From an uncultured Acidimicrobiaceae bacterium (GTDB taxonomy: Bacteria > Actinomycetota > Acidimicrobiia > Acidimicrobiales > RAAP-2): DNA of 64,000 nucleotides. Position 1 is the first letter of the stretch. Each line of letters starts with the position of its first letter. The notes beneath the pieces are model-generated. The model saw only the letters and a list, made by a program, of their open reading frames with translations. It made no database searches and was not told where the DNA came from. The stretch is taken from contig CAVXSD010000009.1 of the NCBI GenBank assembly GCA_963764305.1, positions 369,949-433,948 of the forward strand. Direction: 5' to 3'. Both the position numbers and the translations under genes were made by a program. Below, one piece after another: positions 46,696 through 57,379 of the stretch.

Positions 46696-47918
46696 TCAAG
46701 GACGGACGGCCGACGGGACTTGGCTGACCACCTTATAAGCCCGCTCGCGCACCCGATCGATGACGCCCGCACTGCTGGGCGCCGGATCGTCACCGGCACG
46801 AGGGGGCAAGACGAAGTCGGTGTACATGACGCGGCGTTCCCGCGCGACCGGCGCATGGCTCATGTGCAGGGTGCACGAGCAGTGGACGGTGACGTCGCCA
46901 GTGCGGGTCGGGAGCGGGACCGCGGGCAGCCCCCAGGAGTCGCGGAAGAAGGCGGGCTGGACGAGGGCCCGGTGGGAACCGGCCACGACCCCGAGCTGGC
47001 CCGAGCGATGGTCGGCGCCGGTGACCGAGATCCCAACCGTCAGGCTGCAGCAGCGCGAGGAGTGCCGCCCGAGGCTGCAGTCCTTGTGCCACGGCAGGTC
47101 GGAGATGCCCCTAACGACGCCGATGGGTTTGACAAGCGCCTCGATCTTGTTGCTGCCCTGGTCTCGCGGCACGTGCCCGTCGCCCGTGAGCGAGGCGAGG
47201 CGAAGGAGCCGGTCGTCCTCCAGCAATGCCGTGGTCGCAAGACTCTCCTCTTGGAACCCCTGTAGGCGTACCGCCCGCTCCTCGCCGTCGGCGGTGGTGG
47301 CCCACCAGGACCGGCCGTCACCCTCGTGGTAGCGCGGGAGGGCGGCATCCATGTCGGCCGAGACCTGCGCCATTTCGTCGGTCGTGAAGACCTCGGTCAG
47401 GTGGAGGTACCCCGCCTCGCCAAGGTAGTACCCCAGTTCGGCCGGATCGTCGTCGACCGTAAACGAGCGCTGGAGGTCGAGCGGGCCGCCGTCACGGTCG
47501 GTGAATGTGACGTCACCCGCGGTGTGCACGGTGCGGGCATCGAGCAGCGAGCGGAGGACGACCCACCAGTCGAGGAAGTCGTTGATGTCACCGATCGGCA
47601 TGTCGAGCGTTGCGGCCGCGAGGAGCGTCATCGGCGTCCGGCGGTCGTGGACGATGTCGGTGATCTCGTCCACGTCGAGGCGCACAGCGGCGTGCCCACC
47701 GCCGCCGGGGCGCACCCGGACGGCATCGTCATCGACCGACAACGTCCAGGTGCCGGCGGTCGTCTCGATCGTGAACGGCCGGACGCCCAGCTCGCGGCGC
47801 CTGGGACGGCCAGCGCAGAGCCGTCCGCCGCCAGGCGGGGCAGCTGGGTCCCGAAGAAGTCCGCGACGTCGATCGTCTCGACGTCGACGTCGTTGCGGGT
47901 GCGGAAATCGATCGTCAT
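46696..47918 (-). pseudogene. PhyH-family dioxygenase with an N-terminal extension and one frameshift near 47795
   Basis: MTIDFRTRNDVDVETIDVADFFGTQLPRLAADG.. is in one frame. RELGVRPFTIETTAGTWTL... to the end (LPWHKDCS, VTVHCSCTLHMS) is in another. Confidence 0.65.
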
Positions 47919-48237
47919 GACGGGCCAGGCTAGCGACGGGCTGGCGTCGGCGCAGCACAGCTGGGGCGTCTGACGACGGTGGCGTCCGACGGCACCCCCG
48001 TGAACGTCGGTACGCACAGCTGGAGCTTCTCGGTCATCACCCGATCTAGGAGGAGGGCTAGAGGGTTCTGCGGGTTGGATCACACAGCCGGCAGCGCACG
48101 GGGGCACTTGGTCGGTAACGTCCTCTTGCGCCGAGACCGGAGCAGCTCGTATCCGAGAGTTCTTCTCGCCTTAGCCTGATGCCGGTGAAGAGGATCGGAC
48201 TCCGCGTTCCGCAAGAGCGTCGGGAGGAGGTTTCAGG

Positions 48238-48780
48238 ATGGCCAGCCTGACCTATTTAGCGATTGCGTCGCTCGACGGCTACGTCGAGGACGAGCAGGGC
48301 AAATTCGACTGGGCGGCGCCTGATGAGGAGGTGCACGCCTTCGTCAACGACCTCGCGCGGCCCTGGGGCACCCACCTGTACGGGCGGCGGATGTACGAGA
48401 CGATGGTCTGGTGGGAGACCGGCGATCATGCGGCGGTGTACCGGGACTACGCGGAGATCTGGCGGGCGGCCGAGAAGGTTGTCTACTCCCGGACGCTTCA
48501 CACGGTTTCCAGCGAGAGAACCCGAATCGAGCGTGAGTTCGACGCCGCGGCGATCAGGCGGCTGAAGGAGAGCTCCCGATCCGATATCTCGATCGGCGGG
48601 GCGGAGCTCGCCGGCCAAGCGGTCGCCGCGGAGTTGGTCGACGAGTGCCATCTCTTCCTCGGGCCGGTCCTAGTGGGCGGTGGCAAGCGCGCCCTGCCAG
48701 CCGGCATCCATGCCGAGCTCGAGCTGTTGGACGAGCGCCGCTTTCGCAGCGGCGTCGTATATCTCCATTACCGCTTATGA
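48238..48780 (+). CDS. RibD C-terminal/dihydrofolate-reductase-like family protein
   Basis: IASLDGYVEDE.GKFDWA ... GGAELAGQA ... LFLGPVLVGGGKRALP. Confidence 0.75.
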   Translation: MASLTYLAIASLDGYVEDEQGKFDWAAPDEEVHAFVNDLARPWGTHLYGRRMYETMVWWETGDHAAVYRDYAEIWRAAEKVVYSRTLHTVSSERTRIEREFDAAAIRRLKESSRSDISIGGAELAGQAVAAELVDECHLFLGPVLVGGGKRALPAGIHAELELLDERRFRSGVVYLHYRL

Positions 48781-49515
48781 GCCGAAATGGGCTCGATAAA
48801 AGCTCCTGACTGGCTGCTGCTGCTCGCGTATGGATCGATTACGAGTCCGTTAGCGAGAGGCTCGACGCGCTGCTGCATCAATACGGCCAGCCAGGATGTA
48901 AGCAGTGGAGTGTCCCCAAGGGGCCGGTCGATGGCCGTTAGCTCACGGCAACCACTTGGGCCTGGACAACGCGCCCAAAGCCGGCAGCGTTCCGGGACAG
49001 GTAGACAAGCGCGCACCTCAGGCCTCGGCTATGTCTTCGATGGCTGCCAACGTCGCCTCAATACCGTTCCTCGCCCGGTCGCTGCGGATGCCAATCTCCC
49101 TTCGCAGCATCGTCACCGAACATCTTCTCGAAGAAAGCTGAACCCTCGGGAGGTAGCTCGTCGTCAGGACTCGCTGAATCCGCCGCTCGTTGGGGCTAGC
49201 CGTTCGGCCAAACGGCCAGGTCGCTTACGATAATTGACCGCATCAGTAATGACCGCGGTAGGCGGTCCAACCACCACCTCCCAGGCGAACCGGCGGCCAC
49301 GGTCTGCCAGAGATCTCACCGCAGGCGAGGTCGAGGACCGGTTCATCTCCATCCTGAATCACTTCAGCGAGCACCTCGTAGGAGTTGCGGCCGACATCAT
49401 CGGTCAGGGAAACCAGCATCGTCGACGTTGCTCCCGGGTGGCGATCGTGCCACTCCTGCAAGTAGTCGCCGCCTCCCATCGCCTCACAGGCCATAGCTGA
49501 CGATTTCATCCCCAC
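48768..49515 (-). pseudogene. Heavily degraded class I methyltransferase-like gene
   Basis: The N-terminal reading ends in EPVLDLACG and then breaks. Later pieces lie in other frames and contain stops. Confidence 0.3.
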
Positions 49516-49724
49516 CTCAGCGAATAGTCAACCCGCACGCTCCTGCGCTGAGTATATGGTTGCCCTCGTTCGCCGGCTCTGGGTGCCGCCCTGCGGCACT
49601 TCAGGTATAGGCGGGCTTCGCCCGGCGGAATGGTCATCCCAGAGCGACGGTGGGCGGCCGATCGTCCGAGTGGACGATCTCGTGCGAACCTGCGAGTTTG
49701 GGAATCGACTGTCAGGAGGCCGCC

Positions 49725-50381
49725 ATGTCCCAGGTCCGAGTTCACAACTTCTCGATCTCCCTAGACGGGTTCGGGACCGGCACCGGCATCACCTTCGAGG
49801 CCCCGTTCGGTCACGCCGGGAACCGCCTGCACCAGTGGATGTTCGCCACCCGATTCTGGCGCTCGATGGTCGGCGAGCCCGGTGGCACCTCGGGTGTCGA
49901 CCACTCGTTTGCCGACCGCCATGGCACCGGCATCGGTGCCGAGATCATGGGCCGGGGCAAGTTTGGTGTGCAGACCGGCCCGTGGACCGATGTGGGCACT
50001 GCCGACGAGTGGCGCGGCTGGTGGGGCCCGAACCCGCCGTTTCACACGCCGGTGTTCGTACTCACTCATCACCAGCGCCCGTCGATCGAGATGGAGGGCG
50101 GCACGGTGTTCCACTTCGTCGACGCCAGCCCGCAGGAAGCGCTCGCCCTCGCCCAAGAAGCAGCCGGGGACCTCGACGTGCGCATCGGCGGTGGCCCGAT
50201 GGTCGTCCGCGACTTCCTCGCCGCCGACCTCATTGACTCGCTCCATGTAGTGCAGGTGCCGATCCTGCTCGGCCGTGGCGTTCGCCTGTGGGACGGCGTC
50301 GGGGGGGTCGAGGAGCGCTACGACATCGAGGCGGTCTCGTCACCGAGCGGCGTCACCCACTTGACCTTCACGCGTCGATAA
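49725..50381 (+). CDS. RibD C-terminal/dihydrofolate-reductase-like family protein (second copy)
   Basis: AGGAGG precedes the ATG at 49725. FSISLDGFGTG..., GRGKF and IGGGPMVVRDFLAADLIDSLHVVQVPILLGRG. Confidence 0.75.
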   Translation: MSQVRVHNFSISLDGFGTGTGITFEAPFGHAGNRLHQWMFATRFWRSMVGEPGGTSGVDHSFADRHGTGIGAEIMGRGKFGVQTGPWTDVGTADEWRGWWGPNPPFHTPVFVLTHHQRPSIEMEGGTVFHFVDASPQEALALAQEAAGDLDVRIGGGPMVVRDFLAADLIDSLHVVQVPILLGRGVRLWDGVGGVEERYDIEAVSSPSGVTHLTFTRR

Positions 50382-50779
50382 CCGATCCTGCGAACCTCCT
50401 GCGACGTAGTTCGCCACCAATCCAAGACGCATTCCGACATCAGCTCAGACGAACTGACGACCATCCCAGAAACGCCGGACCTGGAACCAGAAGCGACCTG
50501 ATTGAGCGTTGGCGTCCGGCTCGTGAATCTGGACGATCTGAGGCTGGCTCTCGATCGCGAAGGGATCACAGAGACCAACTACTTCGTGGGCGGCGATCAA
50601 CCCGAACGGTATTGCCTCGGCTGGCTCCCAGCGGGCGGTCGGTCGTGAACGTTCGGCAAGGAGCTAGCGACGCAGGTGGGTGTCCCCGTTCGTCGGGACG
50701 GTGGGACAGTTCGGCACCTTGGGGGCAGGGGGGCGACTGCCCAGACTTATTGCTCGCCTACGAGCGCGAAACTGTGGAC

Positions 50780-51499
50780 ATGAACGACGATGACCTGCTC
50801 GCCGAGCAGCGTTCGTACTATCGGGCGCGAGCGCCCGAGTATGACGAATGGTGGCAGCGACGGGGCCGTTATGACCGGGGCCAGGAACAGCTGCTCGAAT
50901 GGCAGCGCCAAGTAGCGGTCGTGGACGACGCCCTAACCTCCTTTGGCGCTAAGGGCTCGGTCTTGGAACTGGCGGGGGGAACTGGTTGGTGGACTGAGCG
51001 TCTCGCACGGATAGCCGACAGTCTCACCGTTGTGGACAGTTCGCCGGAGGTTCTCGCACTCAACCAGGAACGGGTGGGACGCTCGGATGTCAACTATGTC
51101 GTAGAGGATCTCTTCGATTGGCACGCCGACTCCAAATATGACGCTGTGTTCTTTTCCTTCTGGCTTTCGCACGTACCAAGGGCCCGATTCGGCGAGTTCT
51201 GGTCCCTCGTTGACTCATGCCTCACTCCCTCGGGCCGGGCGTTCTTCGTCGACAATCGAAACGACCCAATGCCAGGCACGACCGTCAAGGATCCATTCGT
51301 CGTCAAATACGACACCGACCTTCACTTGCGTCGTCTTAACGACGGATCGCGGTACCGGGTTGTCAAGGTGATGTACGAGCCCGGTGAGCTGCAGTCACTT
51401 ATCGAGGCAGAGGGTTGGACGACTGAGATCCAGGCGACGCGATGGTTCATTTTCGGCTCAGCCGGTCGCCTCCGAATTGAACTGCCCCCAAACGCTTAA
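50780..51499 (+). CDS. Class I SAM-dependent methyltransferase
   Basis: VLELAGGTGWWT motif I and DAVFFSFWLSHVP. The upstream part of ORF 50288..51499 is treated as read-through. Confidence 0.75.
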   Translation: MNDDDLLAEQRSYYRARAPEYDEWWQRRGRYDRGQEQLLEWQRQVAVVDDALTSFGAKGSVLELAGGTGWWTERLARIADSLTVVDSSPEVLALNQERVGRSDVNYVVEDLFDWHADSKYDAVFFSFWLSHVPRARFGEFWSLVDSCLTPSGRAFFVDNRNDPMPGTTVKDPFVVKYDTDLHLRRLNDGSRYRVVKVMYEPGELQSLIEAEGWTTEIQATRWFIFGSAGRLRIELPPNA

Positions 51500-51817
51500 C
51501 GCCGGATTGGGGTGCAGCCAGCTGGCGTTGACCCAGTGGTTATCCCAGGACTTTCGCCAGCCCTCGGGGCCCGACCGCACGATCTTGCATGCAAACCGGA
51601 GAACGTTGGGCTCTTTCCGATTCTTCTGATAGTCCAAGAAGATGGGCTGATCGGAACCGGGACCGAAGTCTCCGATCTCGATCATCAAGTCCAGGTCGAC
51701 CTCAGCGGATGCAAAGAACCGCTCGTAACCCCGGCACTTCGTCGATACCCCAAGAGATCGAGGTACATTGCCGGGACGGCAGGAATGGCGGTGGCGAGAG
51801 ATGCAACTTCAACTAAG
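51458..51817 (-). pseudogene. SMI1/KNR4 (SUKH-1)-like gene, frameshifted, with its 5' end interrupted by the IS1380 insertion
   Basis: The C-terminal part is LMIEIGDFGPGSDQPIFLDYQKNRKEPNVLRF. The N-terminal-like part IPAVPAMYLDLLG lies in another frame and abuts the IS end at 51817/51818. Confidence 0.45.
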
Positions 51818-53441
51818 CCCTGATCCACCGACGAATAGAGTCTGATCGCGGTCGCGCATCCGCGAAAAGTGCCTTCCTGCAAGGGAAAATGGTGGTTACC
51901 ACAACGACCACATCCCCTACCGGAAGGCACTATTTCGATGCGCGTATCTTGCCACAGCCTCGACCGTCTCGACGTGACCTTCGACGACGAGCGTCTGGTG
52001 GCCAACGCTGGGCTTGATGCTGCCGGCGACATTGGCCCAGCATCTGGGCCTGCGGGAGCTCTTCGACGAACACGTCGACCTCGGCGATGCGGCGGGACGG
52101 GCCAATGTCGGCCACAAGGCCATGACGCTCGTCCACTCGGCGCTGGCCGGGGGCGACTCGATCGACGATGCCGATGTCCTGCGGGCGGGCGACACCCAGG
52201 CGGTGCTCGGCCACGTGGTGTTGGCGCCGTCGACGCTCGGAACGTTCCTGCGCAGCTTCACCTGGGGCCATGCTCGTCAGCTCGACCCGGTGGCCGGCGA
52301 GCTGCTGACACGGGCCTGGGCGGCCGGGGCGGGTCCGGGCGAGGAGCCGGTCACCATCGATGTCGACTCGTCTATCTACGAGACCTACGGGCTTGGCCAA
52401 ACAGGGCGGGACCCACTTCACCTACAACCACGTGCGCGGCTACCACCCTCTCTACGCCGTGACGGCCGGCACCGGCGACGTCGTGCACGTCCGCCTGCGG
52501 GGCGGCAACGCCCACCGGGTCGGGGGCGGCCAGCTTCCTCACCGAGACGTTCGCCCGGGTGCGGGGGCGGGTGCCAGCGGGCCGATCGTCCTGCGGGCCG
52601 ACTCGGGCTTCTACAGCCGCAACGTCGTCGACGCCTGCCGCCGGGCCGACGTGTCCTACTCGATCACCGCCAAACTCCACAAAGGCGGCGTGCAAACGGC
52701 CATCGCCGCCATCGACGAGTCCGCCTGGGTCGCCGATCCCCTACTTCCTCGACGGCGCCGACGTGGCCGAGACCACCTACCGGCCCTTCGGCACCAAGGG
52801 CCAGCCGTGTCGGCTCATCGTGCGCCGGGTGCGGCCCACACCGGGCAGCCAGCTGGCGCTGTTCGTCGAGTTCGCCTACCACGCCTTCATCACCGACCGC
52901 GAAGGCGACATGCTCGAGCTCGAGGCCGACCACCGCCGCCACGCCGAGATCGAGAACACCATCCGCGACCTCAAATACGGTGTCGGTCTCAACCACCTGC
53001 CGTCGGGGCGCTTCGGGGCCAACGCCGCCTGGCTGGCTCTCAACGTCATCGCCCACAACCTGGCCCGCTTCAGCACCCGGCTCGGACTCGGCGACACCCT
53101 CATCACCACCGAAACCCTCCGCCGCCACTACCTGAGCCTCCCGGGACGCCTCACCCGCTCGGCCCGACACCTCACCTTGCACCTGCCGGCCCGTTGGCCA
53201 TGGGCGGAGCGCTTCGTCGCTGCGCTCACCTGGCACCGCAACGTCTTGCTCGTGACCTGACCGTTCGTGTGGACGTGGCCCGAGCACCCTGCGGCCGCCA
53301 GTGCAGATCGCCGATCACAAGAAGCTCTGGTTCAACGCGTCCCTGAACACGTCACAGCCACTGACCACCGCACGGCACAGACAGGAGAGTTACACATCGT
53401 TGGCAGAAGCCGTCGCACCGAGGCCGATCGGTGGATCAGGG
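51818..53441 (+). mobile_element. IS1380-family insertion sequence (1624 bp) with perfect 14-bp terminal inverted repeats and a 5-bp target-site duplication
   Basis: The left repeat CCCTGATCCACCGA (51818-51831) is the exact reverse complement of 53428-53441. CTAAG flanks both ends (51813-51817 and 53442-53446). Confidence 0.85.
51938..53260 (+). pseudogene. IS1380-family transposase with 5 frame switches
   Basis: Conserved blocks occur in alternating frames, in this order: LDVTFDDERLVANAGL, LPATLAQHLGL...SSIYETYGLG, KQGGTHFTYNHVRGYHPL, AASFLTETFARVRG and AGASGPIVLRADSGFYS...DESAWVA. The last block, IPYFLDGADVAETTY...HAEIENTIRDLKYG, runs to the stop. Confidence 0.85.
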
Positions 53442-53782
53442 CTAAGTCGGATGAATGAGTCGAATCCGTTCGACTGGCACCGACGGCGCGCCGTAGCACT
53501 CGACTAACTCGGTCCTGTACTTTGCGTCGTCGTAAAGGGCCCGGATAGGCATCCTCGAAGCGCCTGGCTTGTTCCCAGTCGGCCGGCCACACCTCCCGAT
53601 CGACAAGCTCCAAGAGCAGCCCGGCAACGGGAGGGTGTCATCCACAACGCTTAAGAGATTAGGTGGGAGCGCCCACCTAATCGGAGCGTTCGGGGCTACC
53701 CCAAGGGGAATCCGGTGTGCAAACCTTGGCGGTCGTGAGTCTGGATTACGCCGCCAATCACCTGCTCGACGCTGTCTAGTAG

Positions 53783-54079
53783 GTGGCGGTCTCCGATGGT
53801 CCATTACAGACCAGACTGCAGACCGTCTGGGATGAATCGGCGCAGCACGGTTGGGAGAAACCTTGCCTCACGACCGAACTTCTGGCTCGATTCAAGGCAC
53901 TCTGGGACCGGGTCACCGATCCGACGGCTGGTCCCCGAAGCACCAGGCTTCGGCAGTTGACAACGTCAGAGGCCCTCGCAGCCGTCGATGAGCAGATCGC
54001 CCTGGCGGTACAGACCGCGGTCACATCCTCTCAGGCTCCAGATGACGTCAGGCTCGCCACTCTTGGGGACTTGGAATAG
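53783..54079 (+). CDS. Hypothetical protein (98 aa)
   Basis: GTG start, moderate coding-like third-position bias, no family recognised. The region may instead be gene debris. Confidence 0.25.
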   Translation: MAVSDGPLQTRLQTVWDESAQHGWEKPCLTTELLARFKALWDRVTDPTAGPRSTRLRQLTTSEALAAVDEQIALAVQTAVTSSQAPDDVRLATLGDLE

Positions 54080-54162
54080 CTGCATCTTGCCGGCGTTCGG
54101 GGCGAGGCAGCCTCCGCTGAAACTGAACAGGTTCTGTCCTCTTTCGATGCAAGACTCGGTCC

Positions 54163-54735
54163 ATGCCGCTAAACGCACCTCTGATCCAAAGTGAGCACGA
54201 AGGCCTCCTTGCCTTCCTCGAACACCAGCGTGAAGCAGTTCGCAATGCCACATACGGATTGCATGAGGATCAAGCTCGCCTCCAGCCAACACAGAGTGGG
54301 CTGAGTCTCGGAGGGCTCGTGAAGCACCTCACGGACGCAGAACGCGGCTGGACCGATCGCATCCTGGGCGTACCGCCAAGCGACACGACTTTCGACGACT
54401 ACATGGCGAGTTTTGTCCTCTCAGAGGATGAGACGTTGGCTGCAGTCCTCCTGCAGTACGGAGAGACGTGCGCCCGAACCGACACAGTGATCAGTGAAAT
54501 CGACGACTTGGGGCGTCGCGTACCCCTTCCCGAGGCGCCTTGGTTTCCTGATCCAGAGGACTGCACAGTCCGGTGGATCCTGCTCCACCTCATCGAGGAA
54601 ACCGCACGACATGCCGGTCATGCCGACATCATCCGCGAGGCTCTCGACGGAGCGTTGAGTGGTCCACTCATGGCAGCAGTGGAGGGATGGCCCGGAGACG
54701 GGTGGGTCAAACCCTGGCGGCCCCCGGCGGGATGA
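54163..54735 (+). CDS. DinB-family (DUF664-like) protein
   Basis: LLAFLEHQREAV...LGGLVKHLTDAERGW...LLHLIEETARHAGHADIIRE. Confidence 0.8.
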   Translation: MPLNAPLIQSEHEGLLAFLEHQREAVRNATYGLHEDQARLQPTQSGLSLGGLVKHLTDAERGWTDRILGVPPSDTTFDDYMASFVLSEDETLAAVLLQYGETCARTDTVISEIDDLGRRVPLPEAPWFPDPEDCTVRWILLHLIEETARHAGHADIIREALDGALSGPLMAAVEGWPGDGWVKPWRPPAG

Positions 54736-54823
54736 GCCTTCCGCCAACGAACTGACCGTCCGGCCGGGCGATAGGCGTCTCCAATCCGGCGAATGGGGCA
54801 CACCCTGAGGCGGTGTCTTTCGT

Positions 54824-55210
54824 TCAGCCGAGTTGAATGAGCCCAGCCGAAGTCGGCGTGAAGCCACAGGATTGGAAATAGAACTTCGCGAGTTCCTCGT
54901 CGAAGTCAACATGCAGCCACTCACAGCCTGCTCTCTGGCATTCGGACCGCACAATCTCAATCATCTGAGTGCCGATGCCCCGGCTGCGGTCCGCATTGGC
55001 AACCATCGTGTCTTGAATCCAAACATGCGTAAACGCCCACACGACACTGGCAAATCCGACGAGGCGTCTGTCGTCTCGTGCAACAACCCAACCGAGGCTG
55101 TGCTTAGCGAGGAGGTCATTCCAGTTCCATTGGTCGTCGGAGTACACCCGAGTCTCGAAGGCTTCGGCGTGGAGTCCGTTGACCTCGGCATTCTCAAAGG
55201 ACCACGCCAT
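54824..55210 (-). CDS. GNAT-family N-acetyltransferase
   Basis: 128 aa with the motif RSRGIGTQMIEIVRSECQRAGCEWLHVDF. Confidence 0.75.
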   Translation of the reverse strand: MAWSFENAEVNGLHAEAFETRVYSDDQWNWNDLLAKHSLGWVVARDDRRLVGFASVVWAFTHVWIQDTMVANADRSRGIGTQMIEIVRSECQRAGCEWLHVDFDEELAKFYFQSCGFTPTSAGLIQLG

Positions 55211-55339
55211 TCGTAGCTGACAGGTATCCGCGGAGATATCTGGAACGCCCTCACGCAGCGCCCGCTCCCGGCCGCGTACTGGGCGACCCTGACTCCATTC
55301 ATTTGGTCGGAATTGGGGACACCTCGACCGGATGGCGGC

Positions 55340-55896
55340 TCAGAATATGAAAGGAATCAGCTTCTTTGTTGAGCGCTTGTATGCCGGATAGGCGTCGGGA
55401 AAGAGGCGCTCCATAGTGTGCCCCTCGACGGTTGCGCTATAGACGAAATAGGCGCCCATCAACGCGACGGCGACGAGCCAATACCAGCTGACGGCTACCG
55501 CTGTCCCGATGGCAGCGAGCATGATTCCCGAGTAGATGGGGTTGCGGATGTACTGGTACGGACCGGTTGTGACCAACTCCGCATCCACTTTCTCGGACAT
55601 CGGGGCGCCCCAGTTCCGTCCCAGATGGACCCGTGCCCACACCGCCAGCCCCAACCCCATCAAGAACAGGGCCATGCGAATTCCTTGGAGAACGGGGATA
55701 CTGCACGATGGCATGGTGACCTTTTTGAAGGCTCCCGAGCGAACGACCAAGAGCACGATACCACAAATATGGCGACCCTAAAGCCCACGAACTGTCTTCC
55801 GGACTGAGCTTCCCTCTTTGCACTCAGGGCAGCCACCAGCCATGCAAACCAGAAGACGGCCCACAAGCTGTAGATGACGTAGTCGATGAGGTGCAT
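55340..55896 (-). pseudogene. Isoprenylcysteine carboxyl methyltransferase (ICMT)/phospholipid methyltransferase family with one frameshift near 55755
   Basis: The N-terminal TM part (MHLIDYVIYSLWAVFWFAWLV) is in one frame. The C-terminal catalytic part (LVTTGPYQYIRNPIYSG...) is in another. Confidence 0.65.
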
Positions 55897-56266
55897 GGAC
55901 GGATTGCGATGGTAACGGGGTCAACGTCCATGTGAGATGACCTGCGTTCCGACCGTCCACTGCGTTGCAGTCCTGACTTCGTCACGCCACGCCCGGTTAC
56001 TGCGAGGAGATCCTAAGGGTCGATGGCATGACAGATGCAGAGCGGAGTTTCTGAGGCAAGCCACTCGGCAACTCAGCTCCGTGCGGGCTAACGACGGGCA
56101 TTCGCTGGAGACTTCTTGGCCATCCCAGACCCGGCGTTCTATGGGCTACCCGTGCCTGCCGTCTCGCAGCTTGCTGCCGCTCCCGCGGCACTTCCCGCCC
56201 TGATGGACGAAGGGCAGTCGATCCGCGAGGATTCTGGGACGGCGTTCGCCTGTGGGAAGGAGGCCA

Positions 56267-56620
56267 ATGTCGGAGGAAGCCAATCTTGCCGTCATCGAAG
56301 CGATGTGGCTGGCCTGGAACGAGAAGCGCCTCAATGACGCTGCCGACTCGGTAGCCAAGGATGCCCACTTTTGCCACTTCACTCTCGGAATCGAACTTCA
56401 CGGGCGAGAAGCGATTCGTGACCTCATGGAGCAGTCACTGGCGGCGCTTCCCGAGAGGAGGAGCACCGTCCTCCACAGCCACTCTGCCGACGACTACGTC
56501 ATTACAGAGAATCACTATGAGGCAGTGCGAACCGAATCGGGCCAACCCTTGACGAAGGACATCTGCTACATCTTCCGACTAGACGACGGGCAGATCGTCG
56601 AATGGCGCGAATACGGGTAG
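56267..56620 (+). CDS. NTF2/SnoaL-like protein
   Basis: GGAGG RBS. N-terminal ANLAVIEAMWLAWNEKRL and C-terminal FRLDDGQIVEWREY. Confidence 0.7.
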   Translation: MSEEANLAVIEAMWLAWNEKRLNDAADSVAKDAHFCHFTLGIELHGREAIRDLMEQSLAALPERRSTVLHSHSADDYVITENHYEAVRTESGQPLTKDICYIFRLDDGQIVEWREYG

Positions 56621-56719
56621 GGCGGGCAGCTAGGCGGGGCAGCGGGACATATTCGGGAGGGCCATCGACCGGGTCGGCCCGATCCCCAAGGGCCATGCTT
56701 TATAGCTCGGCGACCAAGG

Positions 56720-57241
56720 TCAGCGGGGTCTCGACCTGAGAATGGCAAGGCCATTGTCCACATCCACCAGATGGTGGTGCGAGTCGTGGAGCGCGTGCTC
56801 GAGAAGCCCACGGACGTCGCTCCGCGAATCGCCGATCGTGATGCCTCGGGACCATGAAGCGGGCCCTGACTCCTGAGCCAAGTCGGCAAGTCTTCTAGTG
56901 TGACTTTGGAGCTCCAGCCCAACGACACTCGGGTCTTGGCTGGCATAGCTTGCAGAAGCGCTCTGAACGAGTTCCTCACCGGCGATCTCGGGGAACCTGG
57001 GCTCATCGATCGTCAACGCCTGCTCGACGCCAAAGACGTGAAGTGCCGTGACGTCCCTACTGTGAGCCGCATATTCGAGTGCCGACCATGTTTCAGGCGC
57101 TGGTCTCAGCCGAAGTTCGTCGCCAACATCGAGCAGGAGTTGAATCCATTGCGGCCCAAGATCTCGGATCGCGTCCAACAGCAGCACCGGCTCATACTCA
57201 GAGCCATCGAAGCCACATGCCTCACATTGCTCGTGATCCAC
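56720..57241 (-). CDS. DinB-like protein with an N-terminal CxxC motif (paralogue of 23674-24192)
   Basis: GTG at 57241 with an AAGGGAG RBS. CEACGFDGSEY and EHALHDSHHHL motifs. Confidence 0.65.
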   Translation of the reverse strand: MDHEQCEACGFDGSEYEPVLLLDAIRDLGPQWIQLLLDVGDELRLRPAPETWSALEYAAHSRDVTALHVFGVEQALTIDEPRFPEIAGEELVQSASASYASQDPSVVGLELQSHTRRLADLAQESGPASWSRGITIGDSRSDVRGLLEHALHDSHHHLVDVDNGLAILRSRPR

Positions 57242-57379
57242 GCTGAACTCCCTTCGGCAACCTCTCCACTCTCGTTGCCAGAGAAGGCGACCTCTCTGAG
57301 GGTCTCTCGAGTGACCCTTACGACGCTGCCGGGACGGGGTGCCACCCACCGGCGCACAACGGGGAACCTGTCCCCCGAC

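Noticed and set aside
50480-50779. Small ORF (VNLDDLRLALDREGITETNYFVGGDQPERYCLGW..) upstream of the methyltransferase
   Set aside because: It looks like the start of a small conserved protein, but the reading breaks after about 40 codons and I could not follow it convincingly into another frame. It is therefore left unannotated.
51938-53260. Programmed ribosomal frameshifting in the IS1380 transposase
   Set aside because: The IS1380 family encodes a single-ORF transposase. Five switches in both directions, without slippery heptamers, are not compatible with programmed frameshifting.
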